Shown: in pieces, positions 17,756-27,004 of the stretch | Numbering within the stretch: the stretch's first letter is position 1 | Layout of the letters: the number at the start of each line of letters is the position of its first letter | Assembly: GCA_045578805.1 (NCBI GenBank) | Contig: JAZNKY010000057.1 | Span: 4,333 to 68,332, forward strand | From: Oscillospiraceae bacterium | GTDB taxonomy: Bacteria; Bacillota; Clostridia; Oscillospirales; Ruminococcaceae | Length of the DNA stretch: 64,000 nt | Direction of reading: 5' to 3' | Notes under the pieces: model-generated | Seen by the model: the letters and a program-made list of their open reading frames with translations, nothing else | The model's database searches: none | Told to the model about the DNA's origin: nothing | Translations under genes and position numbers: made by a program

Positions 17756-18670
17756 TTATCTTCTTCTGCATCCGCCGCGGCGCGATCTTCTGCGTACCGG
17801 CAGTATCTGCTGCGGTTCTGTGGTGGTCATGCAGGACTGTGCAAATGCAAATTCTGCCCTCCGCTTTCCTGCACAGGCATCCGCGGACTGTTTGTCCGGG
17901 AAAATGCCAAATACTGCAGTTCCGCTGCCCGTCATGACAGCGCAGAGCGCGCCGTCCTCCAGCAATGCCTGTTTTGCACGAACAACATCGGGGAGGCGTG
18001 TGACATCCTCAAAGGTGTTGCCGCAGTGCTTGGCTAACAGGACAATATCCTGTGTTTCCACTGCCCTGCGCATCTGCATGGTGTCCGGATGGAAGGGGGC
18101 TTCGAGTGCGTCGATCGCCGCATATGCCTTCGGGGTGGACATGCCCTGTCTGCCCTTGAGAATAACAAGCGGCAGCTCCGGCAGAGGCTTTAAGGGGGTC
18201 AGGATCTCACCGATCCCCTCAGCAAGGGCAGTCCCGCCCATGAGCAGGAACGGCACATCCGCGCCGAGCGTGATGCCAATCTCACGAAGCTTTTCGTTGG
18301 AGTAGCCGCAGTCCATCAGCCTGTTAAGGGCAAACAGCACACCTGCTGCATCGGCACTGCCGCCGCCCATGCCGGCACCGGATGGGATATGCTTGCGCAT
18401 ATCAATTGAGATCTTGTATTCCTTACCGGATGCCTTCAGCATCTCCTGCGCGGCGCGATAGGCAAGGTTCCGTTCATCGCACGGAAGACCGGGCGCACTG
18501 CACCGCAGCGTGATGCCGCTGCCGGGTCGGACGGATACGGTTAATATATCATATACAGTCACTGACTGAAAAATGCTTTCCAGTGTATGGTAGCCATCCT
18601 CACGCTTTCCTGTCACATCGAGGGAAAGGTTGATCTTGGCATTGCAGCGGAGTCTGATTCTTTGTTCCAT
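17756..18670 (-). CDS. ispE: 4-diphosphocytidyl-2-C-methyl-D-erythritol kinase
   Basis: NAKINLSLDVTGKREDGYH N-terminus and GHMP-kinase loop PSGAGMGGGSADAA. Start at ATG 18670 (MEQRIRL...), 7 nt after the upstream stop. Confidence 0.9.
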   Translation of the reverse strand: MEQRIRLRCNAKINLSLDVTGKREDGYHTLESIFQSVTVYDILTVSVRPGSGITLRCSAPGLPCDERNLAYRAAQEMLKASGKEYKISIDMRKHIPSGAGMGGGSADAAGVLFALNRLMDCGYSNEKLREIGITLGADVPFLLMGGTALAEGIGEILTPLKPLPELPLVILKGRQGMSTPKAYAAIDALEAPFHPDTMQMRRAVETQDIVLLAKHCGNTFEDVTRLPDVVRAKQALLEDGALCAVMTGSGTAVFGIFPDKQSADACAGKRRAEFAFAQSCMTTTEPQQILPVRRRSRRGGCRRR

Positions 18671-18677
18671 ATCGCCC

Positions 18678-19847
18678 TCACTGCTGCAGTTCGCGGATGA
18701 ACTTCTCAATACGAGTCACAGCCTCCATCAGGTGCTTGAGGGAGTAGGCATAGGACACACGCACGAAGCCCTCGCCGCTTTCGCCGAAGGCGTTGCCAGG
18801 TACGACTGCTACCTTTTCCTTTTCAAGCAGCTGACCGCAGAATTCCTCGCTGGAAAGTCCCGTACTCCGGATGCAGGGGAACACATAGAACGCCCCCTCC
18901 GGCTCGAAGCAGGTCAGACCGATGCGGTTGAATGCCTCCACCAGGTAACGACGGCGGACATTGTATTCCTTGACCATGTGCTGTACTTCCTCATCGCAGT
19001 GTTCGAGTGCCTCAATGGCAGCGAACTGGCTGACGGTGGGAGAACTCATGATGGCGTACTGGTGGATCTTCACCAGCTGTGTGATCACAGGCTCCGGCGC
19101 ACAGAGATAACCGAGTCTCCAGCCGGTCATGGCAAATGCCTTGGAGAAGCCGTTTACGAGCAGTGTGCGCTCGCGCATTCCCTCCAGCTCGGCGATGGAG
19201 CAGTGCTTGCCGCCGTAGGTCAGCTCGGAATAGATCTCGTCGGACAGCACCATGATGTCCGTGCCGCGCAGTACCTCTGCAATCTCCTCCAGATCCTCAC
19301 GGGTCATGATGCCGCCGGTGGGGTTGTTCGGGTAGGGCAGGATCAGGAGCTTTGTCTTATCCGTGATCTTCTCACGCAGCTCCTGTGCTGTGAGCTTGAA
19401 TTTATTTTCTTCCTTTGTGGGGATCGGAACGGGTACGCCGCAGGTCAGCTCCACAATGGGGGCATAGCAGACAAAGCTCGGCTCTACGATCAGCACTTCA
19501 TCACCGGGGTTCACCACGCCGCGGATCGCCATGTCGATCGCCTCGGAGCCGCCGACGGTCACAATGATTTCATGTGCGCCATCGTAATCAAGATTATTTT
19601 TACGCTTCAGGTAGCGGGAAATGGACTGGCGCAGCTCCATCAGACCGGAATTTGCAGTATAGATAATGCGCTTGCGTTCCAGCACGTTGATGGCAGTTTT
19701 GCGGATGCTCCACGGTGTCTGGAAATCCGGCTCGCCGACACCCAGACTGATGACATCATCCATCTGTGCAGCAAGGTCAAAGAATTTCCGGATGCCGGAA
19801 GGCTTCATGTCCTGTACACGGCGGGAAAGGATATTCTCATAATTCAT
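18678..19847 (-). CDS. Pyridoxal-phosphate-dependent aminotransferase (class I/II, AspC-like)
   Basis: GVGEPDF N-terminal block and PLP-lysine block NGFSKAFAMTGWRLGY. ATG 19847 overlaps the Lrp stop by 1 nt. Confidence 0.9.
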   Translation of the reverse strand: MNYENILSRRVQDMKPSGIRKFFDLAAQMDDVISLGVGEPDFQTPWSIRKTAINVLERKRIIYTANSGLMELRQSISRYLKRKNNLDYDGAHEIIVTVGGSEAIDMAIRGVVNPGDEVLIVEPSFVCYAPIVELTCGVPVPIPTKEENKFKLTAQELREKITDKTKLLILPYPNNPTGGIMTREDLEEIAEVLRGTDIMVLSDEIYSELTYGGKHCSIAELEGMRERTLLVNGFSKAFAMTGWRLGYLCAPEPVITQLVKIHQYAIMSSPTVSQFAAIEALEHCDEEVQHMVKEYNVRRRYLVEAFNRIGLTCFEPEGAFYVFPCIRSTGLSSEEFCGQLLEKEKVAVVPGNAFGESGEGFVRVSYAYSLKHLMEAVTRIEKFIRELQQ

Positions 19848-20329
19848 CACGGACAGATCAGACCCCTTTCATCCTGCTCTTCTTCGGCAATGAAGATGCC
19901 CTTTTCCTTGTAACGCTTGAGTACAAAGGAAGTCGCGGTGGAAACAACGCCCTCCAGTGCGGAAAGACGCTGGGATACGAAAAGTGCAACCTCCTTGAGC
20001 GTTCTGCCCCTTACACAGATAGAAAGGTCATAGGAACCGGACATCAGGGAAATGCTCTCCACCTCATCGTACATCATAATGGTTCTGGCGATCTCATCAA
20101 AACCGCAGTCGCGCTTAGGAGTCACACGCAGTTCAATAATCGCTTCTACTTCACTCGTTCTGGCAAGCTCATCATTAATGATGGCACTGTAGCCCTTGAT
20201 GATGCCCTTTACCTCCAGAAGATGGATCTCTGCGGCAATTTCCTCCTCGGTTCTGCCGAGCATATCCGCAAGCTGGGCGTTTGTCAGACGGGCATTCTGC
20301 CGGAGCAGATCCAATAATTCATTTGTCAT
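19847..20329 (-). CDS. Lrp/AsnC-family transcriptional regulator
   Basis: 160 aa; N-terminal HTH (LLRQNARLTNAQLADMLG) plus AsnC-type ligand domain. Confidence 0.9.
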   Translation of the reverse strand: MTNELLDLLRQNARLTNAQLADMLGRTEEEIAAEIHLLEVKGIIKGYSAIINDELARTSEVEAIIELRVTPKRDCGFDEIARTIMMYDEVESISLMSGSYDLSICVRGRTLKEVALFVSQRLSALEGVVSTATSFVLKRYKEKGIFIAEEEQDERGLICP

Positions 20330-20349
20330 ATTGATTTCCTCCTAAACAA

Positions 20350-21189
20350 TCAGAGTTCTATATAATGCGGCTCATGCCGCAGGAAATAGCATACTTTATC
20401 AAAACCGCAGGCTTTCGCAAGGGCTGCGCCCTGTGAAATGCCGCCGCCGACATCCTCCGGACAATGTGCGTCCGAACCGAGGGACAGAATGGTGCCGCCA
20501 AGATCCTTGTACAGCTCCAGATATTCCCGATCGGGGAAGGGTCTGCCGTAGCTTTGGCGGTACCCGGAGGTGTTGATCTCGATGCCCCTGCCGTTCCGGA
20601 TGACGGCTTTCAGGCATTCTGCAGCAGGCTCGCGCCATTTTGTCATATCCACAGAAATTCCGGCATCCGCAAGGTAGCGCAGAGGGTATGTCAGATGTCC
20701 GAGAACATCGAATTTTCCCCACTGGCAGATCTTCAGAAGCTCTGCAAAATAGGCATCCAGGAGCACCTCCGTGTCTTCCTGTGCATAATCCAGAAAGAAG
20801 AAATCCAGCTTGTCCGGCAGCTCATGCAGGGAGGCGATCACGAAATCCAGCCGCTTGTCCTGAAGGAGACTTTCTGCAAGGGCAAAATCCGCATTTGGTT
20901 CGCCCATCTCAATGCCGCTGATGAGCTGCATCTTCCCCTTGTACAGATCCTTTGCAAGCTGATTCTGCTGCATGGACTGTTCATAGCGGGCGGCATAGTC
21001 GAAGAAATCCTCCTCATTCCGCGCCGGCACCGCATAGAAGCCCTGCGGAAAGAAACGGCACAGCTCAATATGATCGGTCAGCGCATATGCCTGAAGTCCC
21101 AGTGCTTCCGCACGGGCGATCATAGGTCCTGCCGGTGCATCACTGTCCGGCGAACAGCAGGTATGCGTGTGACAATCCATTGGCAGCAT
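20350..21189 (-). CDS. PHP-family phosphoesterase (histidinol-phosphatase HisJ-like)
   Basis: N-terminal MDCHTHT metal-binding His motif, later DHIE and SDAH blocks typical of PHP domains. Confidence 0.85.
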   Translation of the reverse strand: MLPMDCHTHTCCSPDSDAPAGPMIARAEALGLQAYALTDHIELCRFFPQGFYAVPARNEEDFFDYAARYEQSMQQNQLAKDLYKGKMQLISGIEMGEPNADFALAESLLQDKRLDFVIASLHELPDKLDFFFLDYAQEDTEVLLDAYFAELLKICQWGKFDVLGHLTYPLRYLADAGISVDMTKWREPAAECLKAVIRNGRGIEINTSGYRQSYGRPFPDREYLELYKDLGGTILSLGSDAHCPEDVGGGISQGAALAKACGFDKVCYFLRHEPHYIEL

Positions 21190-21342
21190 CGGTATTCCTC
21201 CTGAAAAATTTCTGTTTCCTTATATTATACCATATCTCCGCTGTTTTTTCTATAGGATTTTGTAATTTTTTTCATTTTTCACATCTTTATGGATTTTGCA
21301 TAAAATGCAGTATATGAAAACTGTCAAAATTGGAGTGATTCT

Positions 21343-21747
21343 ATGGACGCATTGTTACTGACGGGGATCCTGCTGCTGGCGGGAATCGGAGGCTTTCTGC
21401 TGTACAGTCTGCTGCTCCCCCATTCCGCCAGCGGTGTGCAGCGGCTTGTTCCCTTTTCCGTCCTGCCTGTGCAGGAGGCTTCGCCTTCGGTCAGGGCACA
21501 TCTGGAGCTGCTTGCCGGGCAGATCGCATGGATGGACAGCGCGGTGATGCAGAGCATGGTACTGGTGTACCCGGACGGCAATGCCGAAGCGGCAGAGCTA
21601 TGCCGGGAGATGGCGCGGCAGTATGCCTTTTTTTCCTGCATGTCCCTGACGGAGACACAGCAGCTGCTGACGGCAAGAATGCAGGCAGCACAGGTGCCTG
21701 AAAAAAACTTTGCAGATGGTTGCAATTTCAAAAGAAATGTAGTATAA
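21343..21747 (+). CDS. Hypothetical small membrane protein
   Basis: 134 aa; TM helix ALLLTGILLLAGIGGFLLYSLLL; GGAG RBS 7 nt upstream. Preferred over the Ser/Cys-rich antisense ORF 21324..21842. Confidence 0.5.
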   Translation: MDALLLTGILLLAGIGGFLLYSLLLPHSASGVQRLVPFSVLPVQEASPSVRAHLELLAGQIAWMDSAVMQSMVLVYPDGNAEAAELCREMARQYAFFSCMSLTETQQLLTARMQAAQVPEKNFADGCNFKRNVV

Positions 21748-21789
21748 TAAGTAGGAATATACAATTCCGCAGAACCGGAGGTGAGGGAA

Positions 21790-24024
21790 ATGGCGGAGGC
21801 TCTGCATATTGAAGGCACAGTGGAAAATATCCTGTTCCGCAACGAGGCGAACGGCTATATCGTTCTTGACCTGGACGCGGGCGGCGAACCGATCACGGTT
21901 GTGGGAGAGCTGGGAGATATTGATGAGGCCGAATGCCTTTCGCTGTACGGCGAATATATCACGCATCCGCGCTTCGGCCCGCAGTTCCAGGCAGAGTCCT
22001 GTGAACGGAAGCTGCCGAATACCGTGGACAGCATCCGCCGCTATCTTTCTTCCGGTGTCATCAAGGGGATCGGCAAGGTGCTGGCAGGGAAGATCGTGGA
22101 CGCATTCGGTGCACGGACGCTGGAGATCATGGAGAATGAACCCATGCGCCTGATGGAAGTCCGAGGCATGTCACGCGCCAAGTGCGAGGAGGTCGCCAAT
22201 GAGGCAAAGCATATCTTTGCGCTGCGCGGCGTGATCTCTTATTTTGAAAATTACGGCATCAAATCCCGTTATGCCATGCGGGCTTTCCGCGTCTGGGGGG
22301 AGAAATGCCGGGACGTGATCGAACAGAATCCCTACCTGATGTGCAATGAAGAGATCGGAATGCAGTTCCAGGCGGTGGAGAGCTATGCGCATGATCTGCG
22401 CGTTCCCCATGATTCCGTGTTCCGTATCGGTGCGGGGATGATCCACATTCTCCGGCATAATGCCGGTGCGGGGCATACCTGTATTCCGCTGGACAGACTC
22501 TCGCAAAAGGTTTGCGAATTTTTGGAGGTCAACGAGTCCGACTTCTATGCCGCCTACCAGGAGGAGCTGAAGGCGGAAACACTGGTCGAGTACATCAAGG
22601 GCGAACGGGAATTTGTTTACTTAAAGGAATACCATCGGGCTGAACGCTACATTACGGACCGCATTGAAGTCATGCGGGAGTTCGGTGCGCGGAGTGAGCA
22701 TGATTACAGTACCATGATCCGGGAGGCGGAGGAAAGCCGCGGTATTGAATATGCCGCCTTGCAGAAGGATGCCATCCAGTCGGCATTATCGCGGGGTCTG
22801 CTCATCCTGACAGGCGGCCCCGGAACGGGCAAAACGACCACGCTCAACGCCATTATCTCCCTGTATGAAAAGCAGGGCTTCCGGGTCATGATCGCCGCAC
22901 CGACCGGACGCGCGGCAAAGCGTATTTCCGATCTGACGGGCTATGACGCGAAGACCATCCACCGTCTGCTGGAGGTACAGTTTGATCCGGCGGGCGGGCA
23001 GAAATTTGTCCACAATGAGGAAAATCCGCTGGAATGCGATGTGCTTGTGGTGGACGAGATGTCAATGGTGGACGTACTGCTGTTTGCAAGTCTGCTTCGT
23101 GCGCTGACGCTCGGCTGCAAGGTCATTCTTGTGGGCGACAGCGACCAGCTTCCCTCTGTGGGGGCGGGTAATCTCCTGCGCCATCTGATCGACAGCAAAT
23201 GTATGCCGATCGTAGAGCTGAAGGAGATCTTCCGGCAGGCGCAGCAGAGCTGCATCGTCACGAATGCCCACAGGATCGTGCATGGGGAGATGCCGGATCT
23301 GACGAAAAAGGACAATGACTTCTTCTTTTTCCACCGGCAGGAGTTTCAGCAGGTTGCTGACCTGATGCTTGATCTTGTCAGCAGGCGGCTGCCGAATGCC
23401 TATCAGTACTCCCCCACCCATGATATTCAGGTCATCTGTCCGTCACGGCGCGGGACGCTCGGCACGGTCGAGCTGAACAAAGCCCTCCAGTCCCAGCTCA
23501 ATCCTCCGATGGCGGAAAAAACAGAGGTCAAATCCGTCCTCTATCAGTTCCGCGAGGGGGACAAGGTGATGCAGACGAAGAATAATTACGACATCACCTG
23601 GACAAAGGACGGCGAGAACGGCACGGGCATTTTCAACGGCGACATCGGGCATATCCGCACGATCAACCGGCGTAGGGGCGAGGCGGTCATTGACTTTGAC
23701 GGGCGCATCACGGTCTATCCGCTGATGCTGCTTGAACAGCTGGAGCTTGCCTATGCGATCACAGTGCATAAGAGCCAGGGCAGTGAGTTTGAAGCGGTGA
23801 TCATTCCGCTGTTGGGCAATTTTGAAAAGCTCAGCTACCGGAATCTGCTGTACACGGCAGTGACGCGGGCGAAAAAGCTGCTGATCCTCATCGGTTCCCC
23901 CATCAAGGTGGAACAGATGGTCAGCAACAACCGCAGAACCAACCGCTATTCCTGTCTGCGGCATATGCTGGAGCAGAGCATGGAGAAGGGGGACGGCAAT
24001 GAGATGGATGAAATCTTTGCTTAA
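21790..24024 (+). CDS. recD2: RecD2-type SF1B ATP-dependent DNA helicase
   Basis: Walker A GGPGTGKTT, Walker B VLVVDEMSMV, GDSDQLPSVG and C-terminal ITVHKSQGSEF motifs. ATG 21790 follows GGAGGTG. Confidence 0.92.
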   Translation: MAEALHIEGTVENILFRNEANGYIVLDLDAGGEPITVVGELGDIDEAECLSLYGEYITHPRFGPQFQAESCERKLPNTVDSIRRYLSSGVIKGIGKVLAGKIVDAFGARTLEIMENEPMRLMEVRGMSRAKCEEVANEAKHIFALRGVISYFENYGIKSRYAMRAFRVWGEKCRDVIEQNPYLMCNEEIGMQFQAVESYAHDLRVPHDSVFRIGAGMIHILRHNAGAGHTCIPLDRLSQKVCEFLEVNESDFYAAYQEELKAETLVEYIKGEREFVYLKEYHRAERYITDRIEVMREFGARSEHDYSTMIREAEESRGIEYAALQKDAIQSALSRGLLILTGGPGTGKTTTLNAIISLYEKQGFRVMIAAPTGRAAKRISDLTGYDAKTIHRLLEVQFDPAGGQKFVHNEENPLECDVLVVDEMSMVDVLLFASLLRALTLGCKVILVGDSDQLPSVGAGNLLRHLIDSKCMPIVELKEIFRQAQQSCIVTNAHRIVHGEMPDLTKKDNDFFFFHRQEFQQVADLMLDLVSRRLPNAYQYSPTHDIQVICPSRRGTLGTVELNKALQSQLNPPMAEKTEVKSVLYQFREGDKVMQTKNNYDITWTKDGENGTGIFNGDIGHIRTINRRRGEAVIDFDGRITVYPLMLLEQLELAYAITVHKSQGSEFEAVIIPLLGNFEKLSYRNLLYTAVTRAKKLLILIGSPIKVEQMVSNNRRTNRYSCLRHMLEQSMEKGDGNEMDEIFA

Positions 24025-24739
24025 TTTCTTCTACCCCAACCGATGCCCTGCCTGCAGTACGGTCATCGGGGCGCATGAGCTGGTCTGTGAGTCCTGCGGA
24101 GAAACGCTCCTGCTGGAACAGGACGGCTACTGCCACCGATGCGGAAAGGTCGAATGCCGGTGCAAGCACACCATACCGGCATATGACAGGGCTGTGGTAT
24201 GCTCGGCATACCGTGACGGCGCAGTATCCGCTGTCATTCAGCTCAAAACATCATCCAATACAAATTTTGCGCACTATGCTGCACAGATCCTTGCAAGCCG
24301 GCTGCAATTCGGCGAGCCGTACTACGGAAGGATCGACTGCGTGATGGCAGTACCCATGCACCGCAGCAAGCAGCGGCTGCGCGGATATAATCAGGCGGCA
24401 CTCATCGGCAGAGAGACTGCGCGCCTGCTGGACATCCCCTACCGGGAGGATGTCCTCACAAAGCAGCGTTCTTCAGTTGAGCAGCACAAGCTCTCTGCAG
24501 AGGAACGTGCCAGAAATGTCGGAAGCTTCGGGGTCAGGGAGTGCGATCTTCACGGAATGCGTATTCTGCTCTGTGATGACGTTCTCACGACCGGCAGCAC
24601 GATGAACCGATGCGCGGAGCTTCTGAAGGAATGCGGTGCGGCGGCTGTGATCGCAGCGGCGGCAGCCACTTCCATCAGAAAAGAGAAAGAAAAGCCGCCC
24701 GGCAATGAGGCGGTCACAGATCAGGAGGCAACAGCATGA
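23999..24739 (+). CDS. comFC: ComF-family protein (ComFC-like phosphoribosyltransferase-fold competence protein)
   Basis: N-terminal double CxxC zinc finger (CPAC...CESC) and PRT motif ILLCDDVLTTGST. Confidence 0.85.
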   Translation: MRWMKSLLNFFYPNRCPACSTVIGAHELVCESCGETLLLEQDGYCHRCGKVECRCKHTIPAYDRAVVCSAYRDGAVSAVIQLKTSSNTNFAHYAAQILASRLQFGEPYYGRIDCVMAVPMHRSKQRLRGYNQAALIGRETARLLDIPYREDVLTKQRSSVEQHKLSAEERARNVGSFGVRECDLHGMRILLCDDVLTTGSTMNRCAELLKECGAAAVIAAAAATSIRKEKEKPPGNEAVTDQEATA

Positions 24740-25758
24740 CAAATACACCGGATATCGGCATTGACCTTGGCACTGCCAATATTGTAATGACACTTGGCAA
24801 AAAGGGAGTGGTTCTGACGGAACCCTCCGTGATCGCCTATAACACATGCACGGAACGCATTCTTGCTGTCGGGCAGGAGGCATACCGCATGATCGGCAAA
24901 ACGCCGCCCTATATTGATGTGGTGCATCCGCTTACGGAGGGCGTGATCTCGGATGATCTGCTGACGCAGTGCATGATCCGTGAATTTCTCATCAAGGTCA
25001 GCGGACATCAGCTCATCAAGCCGCGTATCATCATCTGTGTGCCGGCATTCATCACAGAACTTGAAAAGCGTGCTGTTGGTGATGCGGTGATGAGTGCGGG
25101 CTGCCGGAAGGCATACCTCATTGACGCACCCATTGCAGCAATGCTCGGCGCAGGAGTCAACATCGGCAAGGCACGCGGTCATATGGTCGTGGACATCGGA
25201 GGCGGTACAACGGATATTGCCATTGTTTCCATGAACGGCATCGTTACCTCGCATTCCATTAAAATCGCCGGCAACCGCATTGACCAGGCGATCGCCAAAT
25301 ACATGCTGAACCGCTACAAGCTGCTCATCGGTGAACAAACTGCGGAGCAGATCAAAATGCGCCTGACCAACCTCTATGACCCGCGAGATGATGTGACCAT
25401 GACCGTAAAGGGTCGCAGTGTGATGCGCGGACTGCCGGATTCCGTGGAGATCAATGAGATGGAACTGTTCGACGCGATGGAGGACGAGATCTTCGCCATT
25501 ATGGAGGCGATCAAGAAAGTGCTTGAAGAAACACCTCCGGAGCTGGTGGGTGATATTTACGAAAACGGCATCCTGCTGACGGGCGGCGGTTCCCTGCTCG
25601 GCGGTCTGCGTGAGCTGATCCACCGCACGCTGAATGTGAACTGTGTGCTTGCAAAGGATGCGGTCAACTGCGTTGCCAAGGGTACGGGACTTGCCTTCCA
25701 GAAGATCAATCACCTGCTCGATGGCTTCGAGGGTGTGACCGTCTATAAATACCGCTGA
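24736..25758 (+). CDS. mreB: Rod-shape-determining actin homologue MreB/Mbl
   Basis: IGIDLGTANI phosphate-1 motif, VVDIGGGTTD phosphate-2 motif, 340 aa. Confidence 0.93.
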   Translation: MTNTPDIGIDLGTANIVMTLGKKGVVLTEPSVIAYNTCTERILAVGQEAYRMIGKTPPYIDVVHPLTEGVISDDLLTQCMIREFLIKVSGHQLIKPRIIICVPAFITELEKRAVGDAVMSAGCRKAYLIDAPIAAMLGAGVNIGKARGHMVVDIGGGTTDIAIVSMNGIVTSHSIKIAGNRIDQAIAKYMLNRYKLLIGEQTAEQIKMRLTNLYDPRDDVTMTVKGRSVMRGLPDSVEINEMELFDAMEDEIFAIMEAIKKVLEETPPELVGDIYENGILLTGGGSLLGGLRELIHRTLNVNCVLAKDAVNCVAKGTGLAFQKINHLLDGFEGVTVYKYR

Positions 25759-26765
25759 TGCGCCGCATCGGAAAACCGCTTGCTTTCGCGCTGTATGCCG
25801 CTTTTGCGGCTGGGCTCTGCATTTTGCAGTATCTGCATTTCCGGGGTGCTTTTTCGGAGACGGTTCCGCATGAGCACAGTATTGCGCTGTCCGAGCCGGA
25901 CGAGCCGCTGTATTTCGATCTGAACGACGCATCCGCCGCAGAGCTTGCCAGGCTGCCCGGTGTCAGCCGTCCGCTGGCGGAGGAGATCACTGCACACCGC
26001 GAGAGGATCGGCGGTTTTACGGGGTTTCAGGAGCTGCTGGAGGTGAAGGGAATGCCGGAACAGCTCTACCTTGCACTGGGTGAATATCTGTACCTGACAC
26101 CTGTGGAAACGCAGCCGTCTACGACAACGACTTCCGCTGCTTCCACAAAAGCCAGCACTGCGGAATCCGTCCAAACCACAACAGAGACGACAACAGCTGT
26201 GCAGTTTCCGCTTGATCTGAATGCTGCCACGCTGGAGGAGCTTTGCCAGCTGCCGGGGATCGGTGAAGTCACAGCATCGGCGATCATTGCCCATCGGGAT
26301 GCCTGCGGTGGATTTTACAACCGGATGCAGCTTCTGGAGGTCAGCGGGATCGGAGAGATCACACTGGAAAAGATCCTTCCCTATCTCTATCTCCCCAATG
26401 AACAGCCAATGCCGGAAGAACCGCCGCCTGCGGAGCCGGAACCGGAGCCTGTCGTGATCGAAACAGAACCGGAGACCACGGTCACAGAAACCGTTCCGCC
26501 AACAGAACCGTTTTTTGTGGATCTCAACACCGCTTCTGCGGAGGAGCTGCTGCGGCTTCCGGGATGTGATGAAGGAATGGCAGAGAACATTCTGCGCCTT
26601 CGGGAAATGCTGCACGGCTTCCGGAATACGCTGGAGCTGCTGTATGCGGACGGTATGACGAACGCGCTTTATCTTGCATGGGAACCCTATCTTGCAGTGG
26701 ACGCGGAAGGAAATCAGCAGCTGCCGGAAGAAGAAACACAAACAGAACAACCCGCTTCGGAATGA
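25758..26765 (+). CDS. ComEA-like DNA-binding protein with three tandem helix-hairpin-helix modules
   Basis: N-terminal TM anchor, then three copies of the DLN-x-A-x-x-EL-x-x-LPG...GGF...ELL module separated by Thr/Pro/Glu-rich linkers. Confidence 0.8.
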   Translation: MRRIGKPLAFALYAAFAAGLCILQYLHFRGAFSETVPHEHSIALSEPDEPLYFDLNDASAAELARLPGVSRPLAEEITAHRERIGGFTGFQELLEVKGMPEQLYLALGEYLYLTPVETQPSTTTTSAASTKASTAESVQTTTETTTAVQFPLDLNAATLEELCQLPGIGEVTASAIIAHRDACGGFYNRMQLLEVSGIGEITLEKILPYLYLPNEQPMPEEPPPAEPEPEPVVIETEPETTVTETVPPTEPFFVDLNTASAEELLRLPGCDEGMAENILRLREMLHGFRNTLELLYADGMTNALYLAWEPYLAVDAEGNQQLPEEETQTEQPASE

Positions 26766-26778
26766 AGCGGGTTTTCTT
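26749..26778 (+). terminator. Intrinsic terminator of the comEA-like gene (includes its stop codon)
   Basis: AACCCGCTTC-ggaat-GAAGCGGGTT followed by TTCTT. Confidence 0.7.
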
Positions 26779-26780
26779 AA

Positions 26781-26941
26781 AGCGTGTTTAGTATCTGTAG
26801 ATAGCTGAATTTTTGAGCAGATTTGTGCCGTGTCACAGCACGAAAGCCGCAGCAATACTGTATGTATTGCAAGGATTTCGGGCAAAGACACGGTGCAAAG
26901 ATGCCAAAAAGATGGCTATTGGAAGATACTAAACAGGCTCT
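26781..26941. repeat. Family-B MITE-like long-hairpin element, copy B1
   Basis: Ends AGCGTGTTTAGTATCT / AGATACTAAACAGGCT are inverted repeats; the whole 161 nt folds into one imperfect hairpin. Shares GAGCAGATTT, GGATTTCGGGCAAAGA and AAGATGCC blocks with B2. Confidence 0.8.
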
Positions 26942-26943
26942 TA

Positions 26944-26977
26944 TGCAAAAAGACTGCTGCACCGAAGTGCAGCAGTC
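26944..26977 (-). terminator. Intrinsic terminator of the GH48 gene
   Basis: Minus strand GACTGCTGCAC-TTCG-GTGCAGCAGTC followed by TTTTTGC. Confidence 0.75.
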
Positions 26978-27004
26978 CGTGGATTCAATTTACTGAATTA
27001 CTCA

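Noticed and set aside
21324-21842. 172-aa minus-strand ORF overlapping the 21343..21747 plus-strand ORF.
   Set aside because: Ser/Cys/Ala-rich translation without TM or motif and without an RBS. The plus-strand ORF has a GGAG RBS, a clear TM helix, and is co-directional with recD2.
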